46,382 nucleotides of DNA, from sequence record DRR723986_8697. One strand, given 5' to 3'. Position numbers and translations under genes: made by a program. Shown one piece after another: positions 46,356-46,382 of the stretch; positions within the stretch are counted from its first letter, which is position 1, and each line of letters starts with the position of its first letter. Below the pieces are notes generated by a model that saw nothing but the letters and a program-made list of their open reading frames with translations, was not told the origin of the DNA and did no database searches.

Positions 46356-46382
46356 GGGGGATTAGCTCAGCTGGCTAGAGCG
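46356..46382 (+). tRNA. 5' part of a tRNA, probably tRNA-Ala (truncated by window end)
   Basis: GGGGGATTAGCTCAGCTGGCTAGAGCG acceptor 5' strand and D-arm typical of tRNA-Ala; anticodon not visible. Confidence 0.8.

Overview
Bacteroidota chromosomal window, most likely Cyclobacteriaceae (Algoriphagus-like, inferred from gene content and TAnnTTTG promoters). It is mostly housekeeping: dnaN, gldA-gldF-gldG, a DEAD-box helicase, pyrC, tRNA-His, a GH133/GT4/GH57 alpha-glucan cluster, panB, rsgA, waaA, an LMW-PTP plus fructosamine-kinase pair, lysC, fbp, a plsB-like gene with gpsA, ispB, thrABC, an MscS channel, clpS, recR and the 5' part of a probable tRNA-Ala. No CRISPR array, integrase or transposase was seen. 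The strongest unexplained signal is a ~70-nt imperfect-hairpin element (TATGAAATCRAGCATR - variable - YATGCGAGATTCCATRTGACC) found three times, always in sense orientation and ending 21-23 nt upstream of the start codon of unrelated genes (dnaN, a PQQ sugar dehydrogenase, thrA). It is a candidate cis-regulatory RNA or a domesticated repeat. Also notable: an unannotated 21-aa Thr/Ile-rich leader peptide upstream of thrABC, REP-like palindromic clusters, a DUF3995-like gene with a nonsense codon and an AT-rich two-gene insertion with a DUF922-like HExxH protein. All protein calls come from motif recognition; no database searches were run.
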